Shown: positions 1 through 11,634 of the stretch, piece after piece | Position numbering within the stretch: the stretch's first letter is position 1 | Layout: each line of letters opens with the position of its first letter | Assembly: GCA_035325445.1 (NCBI GenBank) | Contig: DAOKZW010000006.1 | Coordinates: 23,776 to 87,775, forward strand | DNA from: Flavobacteriales bacterium | GTDB taxonomy: Bacteria > Bacteroidota > Bacteroidia > Flavobacteriales_F > PHOS-HE28 | Direction: 5' to 3' | DNA: 64,000 nucleotides | Program-made: the position numbers and the translations under genes | The notes under the pieces: generated by a model | Database searches by the model: none | Seen by the model: only the letters and a program-made list of their open reading frames with translations | What the model was told of the DNA's origin: nothing

Positions 1-354
1 CCGAAGACCTTGGCGGCCCGGCGGATGGCGGACGACGTGCCCGAAGAGACCAAGAGCCGGCGCCTCACCGAGATCATCGACCTGCAGCGGGCCAACTCGG
101 CCAAGCGGATGGCCAGCTATGTGGGGCAGGTGCAAGAAGTGCTGCTCGAAGGGGTGAGCAAGCGCAGCGATGAGCAGATGCAAGGGCGCAATACGCAGAA
201 CGCCATGGTGGTGGTGCCCCGCTACGGCACCGCGGCCGCCCCTGGCCAAAGAGGCCTTCGCCCCGGCGACCGGGTGCTGGTACGCATCACCTCGGCCACC
301 GCCGGTTCGCTGCAAGGCGAGCCTGTGGCCTTGTCAATCCCGGTGCAAGCATGA
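1..354 (+). CDS. miaB: tRNA methylthiotransferase MiaB, C-terminal (TRAM-domain) fragment; gene begins upstream of window
   Basis: In frame from nt 1. Translation matches the MiaB C-terminal pattern (VGQVQEVLLEGVSKRS...GRNTQNAMVVV...GDRVLVRITSATAGSLQGEPV). The neighbourhood miaB / sigma-54 activator / lptE / secG is conserved in Bacteroidota. Stop overlaps the next start (ATGA at 351-354). Confidence 0.65.
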   Translation, partial: PKTLAARRMADDVPEETKSRRLTEIIDLQRANSAKRMASYVGQVQEVLLEGVSKRSDEQMQGRNTQNAMVVVPRYGTAAAPGQRGLRPGDRVLVRITSATAGSLQGEPVALSIPVQA

Positions 355-1556
355 ACGTGCAACCCATCAAACAGCGCTTCGGCATCATCGGCGCATCACC
401 GCTGCTGGACCGCGCGATCGAGATCGCGGCCCAAGTGGCACCCACCGGCCTGAGCGTGCTTATCCAAGGGGAAAGCGGCACGGGCAAGGAAGTGATGCCG
501 CAGATCATCCATGCCTTCAGTGCACGCAAGCACGGCCCGTACATCGCAGTAAACTGCGGGGCCATTCCCGAAGGCACCATAGACAGCGAGCTGTTCGGCC
601 ACGAGAAAGGGGCCTTCACCGGCGCCCACGAGGCCCGCAAAGGCTACTTCGAGGTGGCCAACGGGGGCACCATCTTCTTGGACGAGGTGGGCGAACTGCC
701 GCTGAGCACCCAGGTGCGCCTGCTGCGCGTGTTGGAGTCGGGCGAATTCATCCGGGTGGGCAGCAGCAAATCCCAAAAGACGGACGTGCGCGTGGTGGCC
801 GCCACCAACGTGAACATGCTGCAGGCCGTGCAACGGGGCCGCTTCCGCGAGGACCTTTTCTACCGCTTGAACACGGTGCCCATTCATGTACCGGCCCTGC
901 GCGAGCGTGGCGATGACATTTACCTGCTCTTCCGCTGGTTCGCCCAAGAGGCGGCCAGCCGATACAAGGCGCCCGCCATCACGCTCACCGAGGATGGGCT
1001 GCACCTGCTGGCCACTTACCGCTGGCCCGGCAACGTGCGGCAACTGCGCAACCTGGTGGAGCAAATGAGCGTTATCGAGCAGGTGCGGGAGATCAATGCG
1101 GCCACGCTGTCCTCGTACTTGCCCAAGGAAAGCATGGCCCTGTTGCCCGCCACCCATGGAGAAGGCCCCCAGACAGGGGATTCGATCAATGAACGGGAGC
1201 TCATCTTCAAGTTCCTGTTCGATATGAAGAACGACCTGAACGCCCTGAAGGAGCAGGTGCGCCTGCTCAGTGGCGGCGCCCCGGCCATGGCCCCCGCCAC
1301 GCCCCTCGTCCACGGCGAACCGGTGTTGCTGGCCCATGGGCCGCAACCGGGCATGAGCATCCGCATGCCGGGCGAAACCAGCGAGGATGTGGAACATACC
1401 GCCGTGGAGGAATCGCTGAGCCTGGAGGAAAAAGAACGCGAATTGATCCGCAAGGCCCTGGACAAGCACCGGGGCAAGCGGAAAAAGGCCGCACAGGAAC
1501 TGGGGATCAGCGAACGCACCCTTTACCGCAAGATCAAGGAGTGGAACATCGATTAG
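351..1556 (+). CDS. sigma-54-dependent transcriptional activator (AAA+ plus Fis-type HTH), without receiver or sensor domain
   Basis: Walker A GESGTGKE, GAFTGA sigma-54 contact motif and a C-terminal HTH (ELGISERTLYRKIKEW). The protein starts directly in the AAA+ domain. Confidence 0.85.
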   Translation: MNVQPIKQRFGIIGASPLLDRAIEIAAQVAPTGLSVLIQGESGTGKEVMPQIIHAFSARKHGPYIAVNCGAIPEGTIDSELFGHEKGAFTGAHEARKGYFEVANGGTIFLDEVGELPLSTQVRLLRVLESGEFIRVGSSKSQKTDVRVVAATNVNMLQAVQRGRFREDLFYRLNTVPIHVPALRERGDDIYLLFRWFAQEAASRYKAPAITLTEDGLHLLATYRWPGNVRQLRNLVEQMSVIEQVREINAATLSSYLPKESMALLPATHGEGPQTGDSINERELIFKFLFDMKNDLNALKEQVRLLSGGAPAMAPATPLVHGEPVLLAHGPQPGMSIRMPGETSEDVEHTAVEESLSLEEKERELIRKALDKHRGKRKKAAQELGISERTLYRKIKEWNID

Positions 1557-2050
1557 GCGGCCTCTTTGCCGGGCTCGTCCTGCTGGCGGGCCTGGGTTGC
1601 ACGGTGAACTACTCACTGGGCGGCGGCAGCATACCCGCAAGCGCCAAGACCTTGAGCGTGGCCAGCTTCACTGCGCGCGCGCCACTCTGCCCCCCGGGCT
1701 CGGCGCTGGCCATCACCGAGGCTGTCCGCGACCTGATGCAGGCCCAAACCCCCTTGAACCTCGTGCAGGGCGAAGGCGACATCGCCTACGAGGGCGCGAT
1801 CACGGCATACGATGTACAGCCGGTGGCCATCCAGGCGAATGAAACGGCCGCGCTCAACCGGCTCACCATCACCGTGGGCGTGCATTACATCAACAAGGCC
1901 GAGCCCAAGGCCAGTTCCGAATTCACCGTGTCGCGCTTTGCCGACTACTCCAGCTCACAGGACCTCAGCGCCGTGGAGGCCACCTTGGTGGATGAGATCG
2001 CCAAACAACTGGCGCAGGATATTTTCGACCGTACTTTGGGCAATTGGTGA
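1541..2050 (+). CDS. LptE-like lipoprotein
   Basis: GTG start overlaps the upstream stop. Lipobox LLAGLGC. Size and position match the LptE-family gene that follows the sigma-54 activator in Bacteroidota. Confidence 0.45.
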   Translation: MEHRLGGLFAGLVLLAGLGCTVNYSLGGGSIPASAKTLSVASFTARAPLCPPGSALAITEAVRDLMQAQTPLNLVQGEGDIAYEGAITAYDVQPVAIQANETAALNRLTITVGVHYINKAEPKASSEFTVSRFADYSSSQDLSAVEATLVDEIAKQLAQDIFDRTLGNW

Positions 2051-2059
2051 CCGAGGAAG

Positions 2060-3178
2060 ATGGACCGCGACCGTTTGGCCTTGCTGCTGCGCGACCCCTC
2101 CCAAGTGGAGGAAGGGGACCTGCCCTCATTGAGGTCCATGGCGGAACGCTATCCGTGGTTCGGGGGTGCCCGCCTGCTTTTGGCCGTGGGTGAACACCAC
2201 GCCAAGGACCTGTTGGCGCATGGCGGGCAAGGCCTGCCTGCCGCCTTTCTGCCTTCCCGTGAGGTGCTCTTCGACCTGGTGCACCACAAGGCCGACGGTG
2301 CACAAGAGGCCGTGATGCATGTGGTCAGGGATGACGTGCCCGAGGCGGCCCCACCGCTGAAAGAAGAGGCGGACACGCCAGAACTGCCAGCGGCATTGGA
2401 GGAACCGGCCACGCCCGCCGGCACATCCATGGCACCCGGCATCCCGGATAGGCAACCTGCATCATCAACCACCGAGGTTGAGGTCCCGGCGATGCCCTTG
2501 CGCCCGGAAGAAGCCACCGCCGGGGAAGAACCTTTGGCAGCAGCAATGCCGTCGCCCGCTCCTCCCATGGTGGAAAAGGATCCACAAGACCGGGCATACC
2601 TGGAACAGATCTACGCGGAGGCCTTGGCCAGCCAAGTGTACGACCTGGGCCAATTGGCTGGCGCCCCGCGTTCCGCGCCCGAGCCCCCACTGGTATCCAC
2701 GATCGTTCCGGCCCCTGCCTCAACCCCGGATCCGGTTCCGGCCCCTGTCCCTCCCACGGCAGTCGCGCCGCCTCCCATCCCCTCGCGGATGCGTTTCACG
2801 GACTGGCTCGAGCTGGAAAGCAGCCCCGCACCCGACGCACCTTCCCCTTCCGCCGCCGCATCGCCCGGCACGGGCCCCTTGCCCCCGGAAATCGCCCCGA
2901 AAGTCGCGCTCAGCGCCACGGAGATCTTGGACCGGTTCATCCAGCAAGGGGCTCCTCCGCCCAAGGAAAAAGCCGCCTTTTTCACCCCCCAGCAAGCTGC
3001 CAAGCGCAGCTTGAACGACGATGGGATGGTGAGCGAGACGTTGGCCCGGATACACGAAAAACAGGGGAATTTTGCAAAGGCCAAGGATGTTTATGACCGC
3101 TTGGCGGCCAAGCATCCGGAGAAAAGCATTTACTTCGCAGCCCTTTCCAAGGCCCTTGAGGCCCGCTTGAACAAATAA
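2060..3178 (+). CDS. hypothetical Pro/Ala-rich low-complexity protein with a C-terminal TPR-like helical segment
   Basis: 372-aa ORF in a conserved position between lptE-like and secG. It has a long P/A/E-rich linker and a C-terminal helical region (...[36 protein letters not shown]). Confidence 0.5.
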   Translation: MDRDRLALLLRDPSQVEEGDLPSLRSMAERYPWFGGARLLLAVGEHHAKDLLAHGGQGLPAAFLPSREVLFDLVHHKADGAQEAVMHVVRDDVPEAAPPLKEEADTPELPAALEEPATPAGTSMAPGIPDRQPASSTTEVEVPAMPLRPEEATAGEEPLAAAMPSPAPPMVEKDPQDRAYLEQIYAEALASQVYDLGQLAGAPRSAPEPPLVSTIVPAPASTPDPVPAPVPPTAVAPPPIPSRMRFTDWLELESSPAPDAPSPSAAASPGTGPLPPEIAPKVALSATEILDRFIQQGAPPPKEKAAFFTPQQAAKRSLNDDGMVSETLARIHEKQGNFAKAKDVYDRLAAKHPEKSIYFAALSKALEARLNK

Positions 3179-3180
3179 CA

Positions 3181-3513
3181 ATGGTCGCCATCTCCATCAT
3201 CATCATCATTTTGGCCGTCCTGCTGGGCTTGGTCGTTCTTGCCCAAAACCCCAAGGGAGGCGGGCTCGCAGCGGGCTTCACCGGGGCCCAACAGATCGGT
3301 GGTGTGCAACGCACGGCCGACTTCATGGAGAAGGCCACTTGGTTCTTGGCCACTGCGGTCATGGTCCTTTGCCTTGTTTCCGCCTCCATTCAAGGGACCA
3401 GCGTGGCTGGCGACGACTTGGACACGCCGATCATCTTGGACGAAAGCCCGGATACGGGCAATGCGATCCTGCCGGGCACCAACGATGCCCCGGAGGCCCC
3501 TGCGGAGGACTGA
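3181..3513 (+). CDS. secG: preprotein translocase subunit SecG
   Basis: Two TM helices flank the SecG signature [22 protein letters not shown]. Confidence 0.8.
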   Translation: MVAISIIIIILAVLLGLVVLAQNPKGGGLAAGFTGAQQIGGVQRTADFMEKATWFLATAVMVLCLVSASIQGTSVAGDDLDTPIILDESPDTGNAILPGTNDAPEAPAED

Positions 3514-3538
3514 CCGATCGCGATCACCGCATTCAATC

Positions 3539-3577
3539 GGCCGGACGGGGGCTCCTCCCTCATCCGGCCTTTTTTTG
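3539..3577 (+). terminator. rho-independent terminator after secG
   Basis: Inverted repeat GGCCGGA...TCCGGCC (3539-3569) followed by TTTTTTT (3570-3576). Confidence 0.7.
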
Positions 3578-3764
3578 CCGGGGACTGAACCCCGCAGGCT
3601 GGGTCCAACCCTTGGCGCAACCGGCCGGGCCCGTCAGCCTGTCAGCCGGGCCTGACACAAGCGATGGCCTCGTTGCCATGTGCCGCTCTTTTTGGCAGTC
3701 CCTTCCTTGTGGCACGGGAATGGCTGGCGGCGGTGCCGCAAATCAATCCAAACCGAATAAAGAC

Positions 3765-4058
3765 ATGGCGACCAAAGTGAAGCCCCTGGCTGACCGCGTG
3801 CTCGTAGAGGCAGCTGCTGCTGAACAGACCACCAAAGGCGGGATCATCATTCCCGATACCGCAAAGGAAAAGCCGCAACGCGGCAAGGTGGTGGCCATTG
3901 GCACCGGGCGCGTTGCCGAGGACGGCAAGGTGACCCCGCTGAGCGTGAAGGTGGGCGACGAGGTGTTGTACGGCAAGTACAGCGGCACGGAACTTTCCTT
4001 CGAAGGACGGGACTACATGATCATGCGCGAGAGCGACATCTACGCGATCTTGAACTAA
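3765..4058 (+). CDS. groES: co-chaperonin GroES
   Basis: [15 protein letters not shown]...[25 protein letters not shown] verified at 3765; 97 aa. Confidence 0.95.
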   Translation: MATKVKPLADRVLVEAAAAEQTTKGGIIIPDTAKEKPQRGKVVAIGTGRVAEDGKVTPLSVKVGDEVLYGKYSGTELSFEGRDYMIMRESDIYAILN

Positions 4059-4101
4059 GTGCGTGGGACCGACAACCGATAACTGACAACCGAACGAACA
4101 A

Positions 4102-5733
<1,632 letters not shown>

Positions 5734-5750
5734 GCCGTTTCCGCACAACC

Positions 5751-5793
5751 AACGAAACGAGCCCCGGTCCCCAGGATCGGGGCTCGTTTCGTT
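5751..5793 (+). terminator. stem-loop terminator after groEL
   Basis: Perfect 16-bp inverted repeat AACGAAACGAGCCCCG...CGGGGCTCGTTTCGTT 18 nt after the groEL stop. Confidence 0.65.
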
Positions 5794-5930
5794 CAGGGCG
5801 GTCCCATGGGCCGGAGCCCCCCAGGTCCTGCGGCAGTTTGGACCCCGCCCATGGCCTCCGTCCACAAATTGGGCTTTCCTGATCGGACGCACCGATGGAT
5901 GGCACCAGCCGCCCTACCTTTCCGCCAATT

Positions 5931-7649
5931 ATGATCCGCCGAGTCGGAAGCGCTACTCTCCAGTGCCTCTTGCTCATCGCGCTGACCCTGGGATGTCGGC
6001 CACTCTCCCCGAAGAATGGCCATGGCCGGCCGGGAGGTCTTGGTCCTGTCACGGATCACGCGATGGTTGTGAGCGCCCACCCCATGGCCACGGCCATTGG
6101 GGTTGATGTGTTGCGTGCCGGGGGCAATGCGGTGGACGCGGCGGTTGCGGTGCATTGGGCCTTGGCCGTGACCACCCCATGGGCAGGCAACATCGGCGGG
6201 GGCGGTTTCGCCGTGCTGCGCCTATCCGATGGGCAGGCCATGGCGCTGGATTTCCGGGAGACCGCGCCGGCCCGTTCCACCGGGAACATGTTCCTGGGGC
6301 CCAACGGTGACGCGGAGCACGATAAGAGCACCTATGGCGCCTTGGCCTGCGGGGTACCGGGCAGCGTGGCGGGGCTCTTCGCGCTGCACGACAGCCTGGG
6401 CCGCCTGCCCATGGCACGGCTGATCCAACCTGCCATCGACCTGGCACGCGACGGCTGCAGGCTGACGCCCATGGAGGCGCATGAGCTCAACAGCTGCCTG
6501 CCCATGTTGAGCAAGTACAGTACGCAGCCCAGCGCTTTCACTTCGCGCAAGCAATGGCATGCAGGCGACCTGTTCCTGCAACCCGAGCTGGCCCGCACCT
6601 TGGAGCGCATCCGCGATGAGGGTGCCGCCGGGTTTTATGGGGGCAGCACCGCAGCGGCCATCGTGGCCGAGATGGAACGCGGAGGTGGCCTCATCGATGC
6701 ACAGGACCTGGCCTCCTATCGGCCCGTGTGGCGGCCCGTGGTGAAAGGGCGGTACCGTGATGTGGAAGTGATCGGCATGCCACCGCCTTCCAGTGGCGGC
6801 ATCATGGTCCTACAGATGCTTCAGGGCATGGAATCCTTGAACGTACACGGCTCGGGATGGCAAACGGCGGCCACCGTGCACCGGATGGTGGAGGTGGAGC
6901 GGCGCGCATTCGCTGACCGGTCCGTCCATTATGGCGACCCGGCCTTCAGTTCCGTGCCCATGACAGGCATGCTGGACAGCCTCTACATCCGTGGCCGCAT
7001 GAAGAGCTTCAACCCTCGCCAAGCCACCCCGAGCGCATTGATCGCGGCGGGCATGCCGATAACGGAGCATGAGGAGACCACACATTTTTCCATCGTGGAC
7101 GCGGAAGGCAATGCGGTATCGTGCACCACCACATTGAACGGTGCATACGGCAGCGGTGTCGTGGTCGGGGGCGCGGGCTTCGTCCTCAATAATGAAATGG
7201 ACGATTTCAGCGCGGCACCCGGCGTGCCCAACAGCTATGGCCTGATCGGGGGGCAAGCCAACGCCGTGGCCCCGGGCAAGCGCATGTTGTCCTCCATGTC
7301 ACCTACCATCATCACCCGGGGCGGCCGCTTGTTCATGGTGGTCGGCTCCCCGGGCGGAAGCACCATTCCCACCTCCGTGTTCCAAGTGATCCTGAACGTG
7401 GTTGACCACGGCATGGGGATGCAGCAGGCGGTAAGCGCACCGCGCTTCCACCACCAATGGCTGCCCGACTCGATACAGGTGGAGGTCGGCGCCCTTGCCC
7501 CTGAGGACAGCATGCAGTTGGTCCGGATGGGGCACCGTTTCAAGGCACGGCGGCCCATCGGCCGCGTGGATGCGGTGTTGTGCCTGCCGGACGGGCGCTT
7601 GGAAGGCGGTGCCGACCCTCGGGGCGAGGATGCGGCGGCCGGTTACTGA
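5931..7649 (+). CDS. ggt: gamma-glutamyltranspeptidase
   Basis: GGT family signatures (TTHFSIVDAEGNAVSCTTTLN, GSPGGSTI). Lipoprotein-type signal MIRRVGSATLQCLLLIALTLGC. An alternative upstream start lies at 5895. Confidence 0.85.
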   Translation: MIRRVGSATLQCLLLIALTLGCRPLSPKNGHGRPGGLGPVTDHAMVVSAHPMATAIGVDVLRAGGNAVDAAVAVHWALAVTTPWAGNIGGGGFAVLRLSDGQAMALDFRETAPARSTGNMFLGPNGDAEHDKSTYGALACGVPGSVAGLFALHDSLGRLPMARLIQPAIDLARDGCRLTPMEAHELNSCLPMLSKYSTQPSAFTSRKQWHAGDLFLQPELARTLERIRDEGAAGFYGGSTAAAIVAEMERGGGLIDAQDLASYRPVWRPVVKGRYRDVEVIGMPPPSSGGIMVLQMLQGMESLNVHGSGWQTAATVHRMVEVERRAFADRSVHYGDPAFSSVPMTGMLDSLYIRGRMKSFNPRQATPSALIAAGMPITEHEETTHFSIVDAEGNAVSCTTTLNGAYGSGVVVGGAGFVLNNEMDDFSAAPGVPNSYGLIGGQANAVAPGKRMLSSMSPTIITRGGRLFMVVGSPGGSTIPTSVFQVILNVVDHGMGMQQAVSAPRFHHQWLPDSIQVEVGALAPEDSMQLVRMGHRFKARRPIGRVDAVLCLPDGRLEGGADPRGEDAAAGY

Positions 7650-10600
7650 CGACCTTCCGCCCCGGAAGGCGTGGCCTGCCCACGGCGCTTGCGCCGCCCT
7701 ACGCCCCAAATGCCCATGCCGGCAGCAGCCGCCAGCCCCAGCAAGGCCATCGCCCAGGCCGTGGCCCTGCGCTTTTCCAGCTCCACGGGGCCCACATCGC
7801 CAAGCAACACCAGGCCCGCCCAGTAGTAGGGATGCAGCAGTTCATCGCGGGCTTGGGCCAAGTAGTGGAGCTTGGCTTGGCGCAAAGCCTCATGCTTGGG
7901 CAGGCCCGCAGCCAATCCATCGTGGAAGTCATCGATGATATCGGCGCTCACTTTCTCATCGATGTTCCAGAGCGCCACCACCAGGCTTGGGCAGCCCGCG
8001 TAAGCAAAGCTGGTCCCGAGTGACCGTACCCCTTCCCCGGCATCTTCGCGCCCTCCACCGCTCTCGCACGCGGTGAGCACCGCCAGTTGGGCCCTGATAT
8101 CAAGTTCGTACAGCTCGTAGGCGTGCAGGTAGCCATCCCTTTCCGCATCGCGGCCATCGCCTTCCTTGCCCAGGACGATGCGCGAATACATGGGTCTTTC
8201 CGGGTCCATTTCGGCATGCGTTCCCAAGTACAGCAGGCCGCTGTTGCCGATCATCTTCCTGAAGTTGCCCTCGGAGGCCTCGGCGCCTGTAAAGACCTGC
8301 GCGGCCAGCCGTTTGCCCATCCTCTGCGCCGTACGCACGGCGAACGGTTGCCGCACATAATGCAGAAAGGCCCGGTCCATCGTGGAAGAATCCTGCAGGC
8401 CTTGCAGGTACTGCTGTTTCATCCGGTCATCGAAGCCGGGTGCCATGGCCAACACCCCTTTGGCCCTGGCTTTGGCCAGGTCGGCGAACTGCAGCGATGC
8501 CGTGGCGCTGAGCAGGTAGGCCATGGCATGGCGCTGGATCATCAGCCGCTGCGGGAACTGTTCCACCTCCGGCCCGGAGAGGAGCGCCTCAAAATTCACC
8601 GTGTGCAATTCCTTGTCGGGGATGATGAGCAGCTCATGGGCCGTGAGCAGATTTTCCACCGGCGCCACTATCCTTTGGTACAATTGGTATGCCTGCTCCA
8701 CATAGGCGGCGGTCCTGCGTTGGTTGATGGCCTCGTTCAGGGCCTTCACGTTCCCGGCCAACCCCTGCGGGTCCAACTTGGCCACATGGGTGCCCTGCAG
8801 GCCGACCACCATGACATACAAGGCCTGTTTGGTCCTGGCATACAGCAGCAGTTGCCGCTCTGGGGTCAACAACCTTTCCCGCACTTCCCGCAGGGTCGGT
8901 ATGCGGTCGCCGTACTTCAGGTTGAAATACTTGGGGTGGTTTTTCTCCAGGTATTGGAGCAAGGCCCGGTACTCCTGCTCCCGGACATCCAAGGCCATAT
9001 TGGCCTCGGGGTCGTCCCGATCAACCTGCATGGCCGTTTGCAGTTCGGCCTCACGGGTCAACAGGCTGTCGGGCACGCCCGCGAAGTTCAAGGCGGTGAA
9101 ACCGCCCAGCCGGCCCTTGAGCAATACGGTCCTGTCTGCCTCGGCCAAGTTGAAGAACCGTTGCATGGCTTGCTCGGACGGTGTGCGCATATAGCAATCG
9201 TAGGCCTCATCCAAGGCCAGGTCGAAGAGCTGCTGCTGGGCACCGGTCATTTGTAGTTTCGAGGCTTGATCATCCACGGCGATCCGGCTGCGCGACAAGG
9301 CGCGTATGGCCAGATCGAGGTCCTTGTCCCACTTTCCACTTCCCCTGGCCTGGGGTTCCATGGCCTGCTCCGTCCTCACCTTCCAGTAGATCGCATCCGG
9401 CAGGACGTGCGGGTCCGGGAATGCCACGGGCATTTGCGATGCCTCCACCACCTTGATCCGATCGCCCAGTTCCTCCATGGCAGCCAGCGCATGCCGATGG
9501 GCGCCGACATACAATCCGGCCTTAAAGGCTTGTTCAGCCATCAGCACATCAACCTGGGCCACCTTGTAATTCCGTTCACCGGCGATGTTCATGGCTATGG
9601 CACGGGCATGCCCAAGGTCTTCCATCGCCTCTGCATGCCTCCCTGCCGATGCCCTCATCTCGGCCCTTCCGCGGTATGCTTGCAACAACATGGCATTGGC
9701 CTCCTGCCCCATCTCTTGGCGGGCGGTTTCCATGCTGCACCGGTATAGGGAATCGGCCCTGCCCCTATCGCCTTTGCGGAAGGCGATATCCGCTAGCTTG
9801 GCGCATGCCTGTGCATATCCATCCCCCTTTTTTCCAAAAGCCTGCACCCATGCCGTCAAATAGGATTCCACCAAGGCCTGCGCCTTGTCGGTGTTTCCTT
9901 GTGCCAGTTCCACTTCGGCCATACGCTCGTTCAAGGCCAGCAATTGGATATCGTTCGCCCCCAGCACCTTGCTTCGGTCGTCCCATGCCAGGCCGAGCAA
10001 TTCACGGGCCCGGCCCATGTCGCCCATGGCGAAATACACTGCGGCGAGATTGAGGTAGTTGCGTGAACGGCCGACGAGGACCTCATCCCGTTCGGCCGGA
10101 TCATGGGTGGCCTCCAAGGCACGTCCAAAATCGCGGAGGCTTTCGTGGTAGTAGGCCTTACCCCGTGCCAGGTCCCCGGCATTCTGCCAGATCACGCCCA
10201 AATTGCCTTGTGTGGATGCTCGTCGCAGCAGGAGCACCACGGAGCTATCGGTCCCTATCGCCTCCAGCGCCTTGCGGTAATTGATCTCGGCCTCGCGCAC
10301 CCGGCCCAGCCTCCACAAGGCCACGCCCAAGGCGTTGTACGATTCGGCCCATTGGGCCGACGGAACACTGTCGGCCCGGGCATATTGCTCCAATGCTGCC
10401 CGGGCATACCGCGCGGTCCCGCGGTGATCGCCGAGCATGCTATGGTCAAATGCCAAATACTGGCGTGCCCTTCCCCGCTGCACCGGGGTAATGTCCGGGC
10501 TTCCATCGGCCACGATCATGGCCAAGGAATCCGTGTGGAGGCAGTCTTTGATGCGGCCGAGCTCATAGTACGTCCAGCTGAGGTCGAACAGGGCCTTGAG

Positions 10601-10906
10601 CAAGTCACCCGGGTTTCCACGTTCCCTTACCAGCTCCACCATGTGGCGTGCCCCTGCCGCGCCGGCATCGGGGCCATCCACCATCCGCTTGGCGCGGCCG
10701 TACCAATACACGTACAAGTAGGTTGAGTCCGCCCAACCTGTTCCGGCGGCCTGTTGCACTTGGCGGTCAACCAGCCGTATCACCTCCCCATATTGCTCCG
10801 CGTGGTATCGTTCACCGATCAGCCGGTGGGTTTCGGCCAAGTCCTGCGCCCCTGCCGACCAGGCCAGTCCCGTGCCTGCCGCCATCAGCACCACGCCCCG
10901 CATCAT
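7643..10906 (-). CDS. secreted TPR-repeat protein with C-terminal CHAT (caspase-like peptidase) domain
   Basis: Start moved to MMRGVVLMAAGTGLAWSAGAQD (signal peptide), which overlaps the upstream stop as ATGA (10903-10906). A ~700-aa TPR array is followed by a CHAT C-terminus with conserved His (LYLGTHAE) and Cys (VLTACESGG) and a terminal ...HPYYWAGLVLLGD motif. Confidence 0.8.
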   Translation of the reverse strand: MMRGVVLMAAGTGLAWSAGAQDLAETHRLIGERYHAEQYGEVIRLVDRQVQQAAGTGWADSTYLYVYWYGRAKRMVDGPDAGAAGARHMVELVRERGNPGDLLKALFDLSWTYYELGRIKDCLHTDSLAMIVADGSPDITPVQRGRARQYLAFDHSMLGDHRGTARYARAALEQYARADSVPSAQWAESYNALGVALWRLGRVREAEINYRKALEAIGTDSSVVLLLRRASTQGNLGVIWQNAGDLARGKAYYHESLRDFGRALEATHDPAERDEVLVGRSRNYLNLAAVYFAMGDMGRARELLGLAWDDRSKVLGANDIQLLALNERMAEVELAQGNTDKAQALVESYLTAWVQAFGKKGDGYAQACAKLADIAFRKGDRGRADSLYRCSMETARQEMGQEANAMLLQAYRGRAEMRASAGRHAEAMEDLGHARAIAMNIAGERNYKVAQVDVLMAEQAFKAGLYVGAHRHALAAMEELGDRIKVVEASQMPVAFPDPHVLPDAIYWKVRTEQAMEPQARGSGKWDKDLDLAIRALSRSRIAVDDQASKLQMTGAQQQLFDLALDEAYDCYMRTPSEQAMQRFFNLAEADRTVLLKGRLGGFTALNFAGVPDSLLTREAELQTAMQVDRDDPEANMALDVREQEYRALLQYLEKNHPKYFNLKYGDRIPTLREVRERLLTPERQLLLYARTKQALYVMVVGLQGTHVAKLDPQGLAGNVKALNEAINQRRTAAYVEQAYQLYQRIVAPVENLLTAHELLIIPDKELHTVNFEALLSGPEVEQFPQRLMIQRHAMAYLLSATASLQFADLAKARAKGVLAMAPGFDDRMKQQYLQGLQDSSTMDRAFLHYVRQPFAVRTAQRMGKRLAAQVFTGAEASEGNFRKMIGNSGLLYLGTHAEMDPERPMYSRIVLGKEGDGRDAERDGYLHAYELYELDIRAQLAVLTACESGGGREDAGEGVRSLGTSFAYAGCPSLVVALWNIDEKVSADIIDDFHDGLAAGLPKHEALRQAKLHYLAQARDELLHPYYWAGLVLLGDVGPVELEKRRATAWAMALLGLAAAAGMGIWGVGRRKRRGQATPSGAEGRQ

Positions 10907-11634
10907 TCGTTCACGCGTGCTTGTATTTGCCGTACCTGCTCCCCATACACCGTATCCCGGTCCAGGCCCAATGCATCCATGGCGGCCCGATCGCCCAGTT
11001 TCAGATAGGCCAGGAAGAGATACCACTTGGCCTTTCCCCTGAACTCGGATGCGTGGTTGCCGGCCACGGCCTGCAGCCCCGGGAGCGCCGCTACCGGGGC
11101 TCCCATTTGCAGTCTTGCCTGGGCGATGTAGTACAGCAACGTGTCGTTTGCGGGGTTCTGCAACAGCAGGCTCCCCCATTTGGCCGCCGCCTCTTCCAGG
11201 TCGCCGAGCTTGAAAGCCACCATGGCATCTTGGAACAGCGGGTCTTTGGTTGCGCTCATGGGTACCGGCAACCCGGGATCGGCGGTGTAGTATTCGGCGA
11301 AGAGGCGCTCATTTCCGGCTGGCGTTCGGAACCACCACAAGGCCCCCAGGGCAAGCATGGCCACCATGGCCGCATACTTGAGCCATCCGCGCCAGCCCTT
11401 GGTGTTGCGATCCACTTGGTCGGCGGGCCCGGCCATCACCTCCTGCAGGGTGCGTTCCATGCCGGCCATTTCCACGGCCAGGATATGTTCGCGCTGCATC
11501 TCCAATTCCTCACGCAGGGCACTATCCCCCTCCACTTCCCGCAGGAACGCCTGCCGTTGGCCGGCGTCCATGGTACCCAGCACAAAGGCCTCGATGGCCT
11601 CGAACCGGTCCTGTTTGATCGGTGCCTGGCTCAT
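10903..11634 (-). CDS. putative anti-sigma factor (single-pass membrane protein with periplasmic TPR-like domain)
   Basis: Start MSQAPIKQ overlaps the ECF sigma stop (ATGA 11631-11634). Central TM helix WLKYAAMVAMLALGALWWF. C-terminal helical-repeat domain. Confidence 0.55.
   Translation of the reverse strand: MSQAPIKQDRFEAIEAFVLGTMDAGQRQAFLREVEGDSALREELEMQREHILAVEMAGMERTLQEVMAGPADQVDRNTKGWRGWLKYAAMVAMLALGALWWFRTPAGNERLFAEYYTADPGLPVPMSATKDPLFQDAMVAFKLGDLEEAAAKWGSLLLQNPANDTLLYYIAQARLQMGAPVAALPGLQAVAGNHASEFRGKAKWYLFLAYLKLGDRAAMDALGLDRDTVYGEQVRQIQARVNE

Noticed and set aside
170-916. 248-aa Arg/Pro-rich ORF overlapping miaB and the sigma-54 activator in another frame
   Set aside because: Overlaps two well-supported genes. 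Its composition (R/P/G/A-rich) is the typical off-frame artefact of high-GC DNA.
10907-11179. 91-aa upstream extension of the CHAT protein ORF, overlapping the anti-sigma gene
   Set aside because: The extension is Gly/Arg-rich and overlaps the anti-sigma coding region. The signal peptide plus ATGA junction at 10906 gives a far more plausible start.
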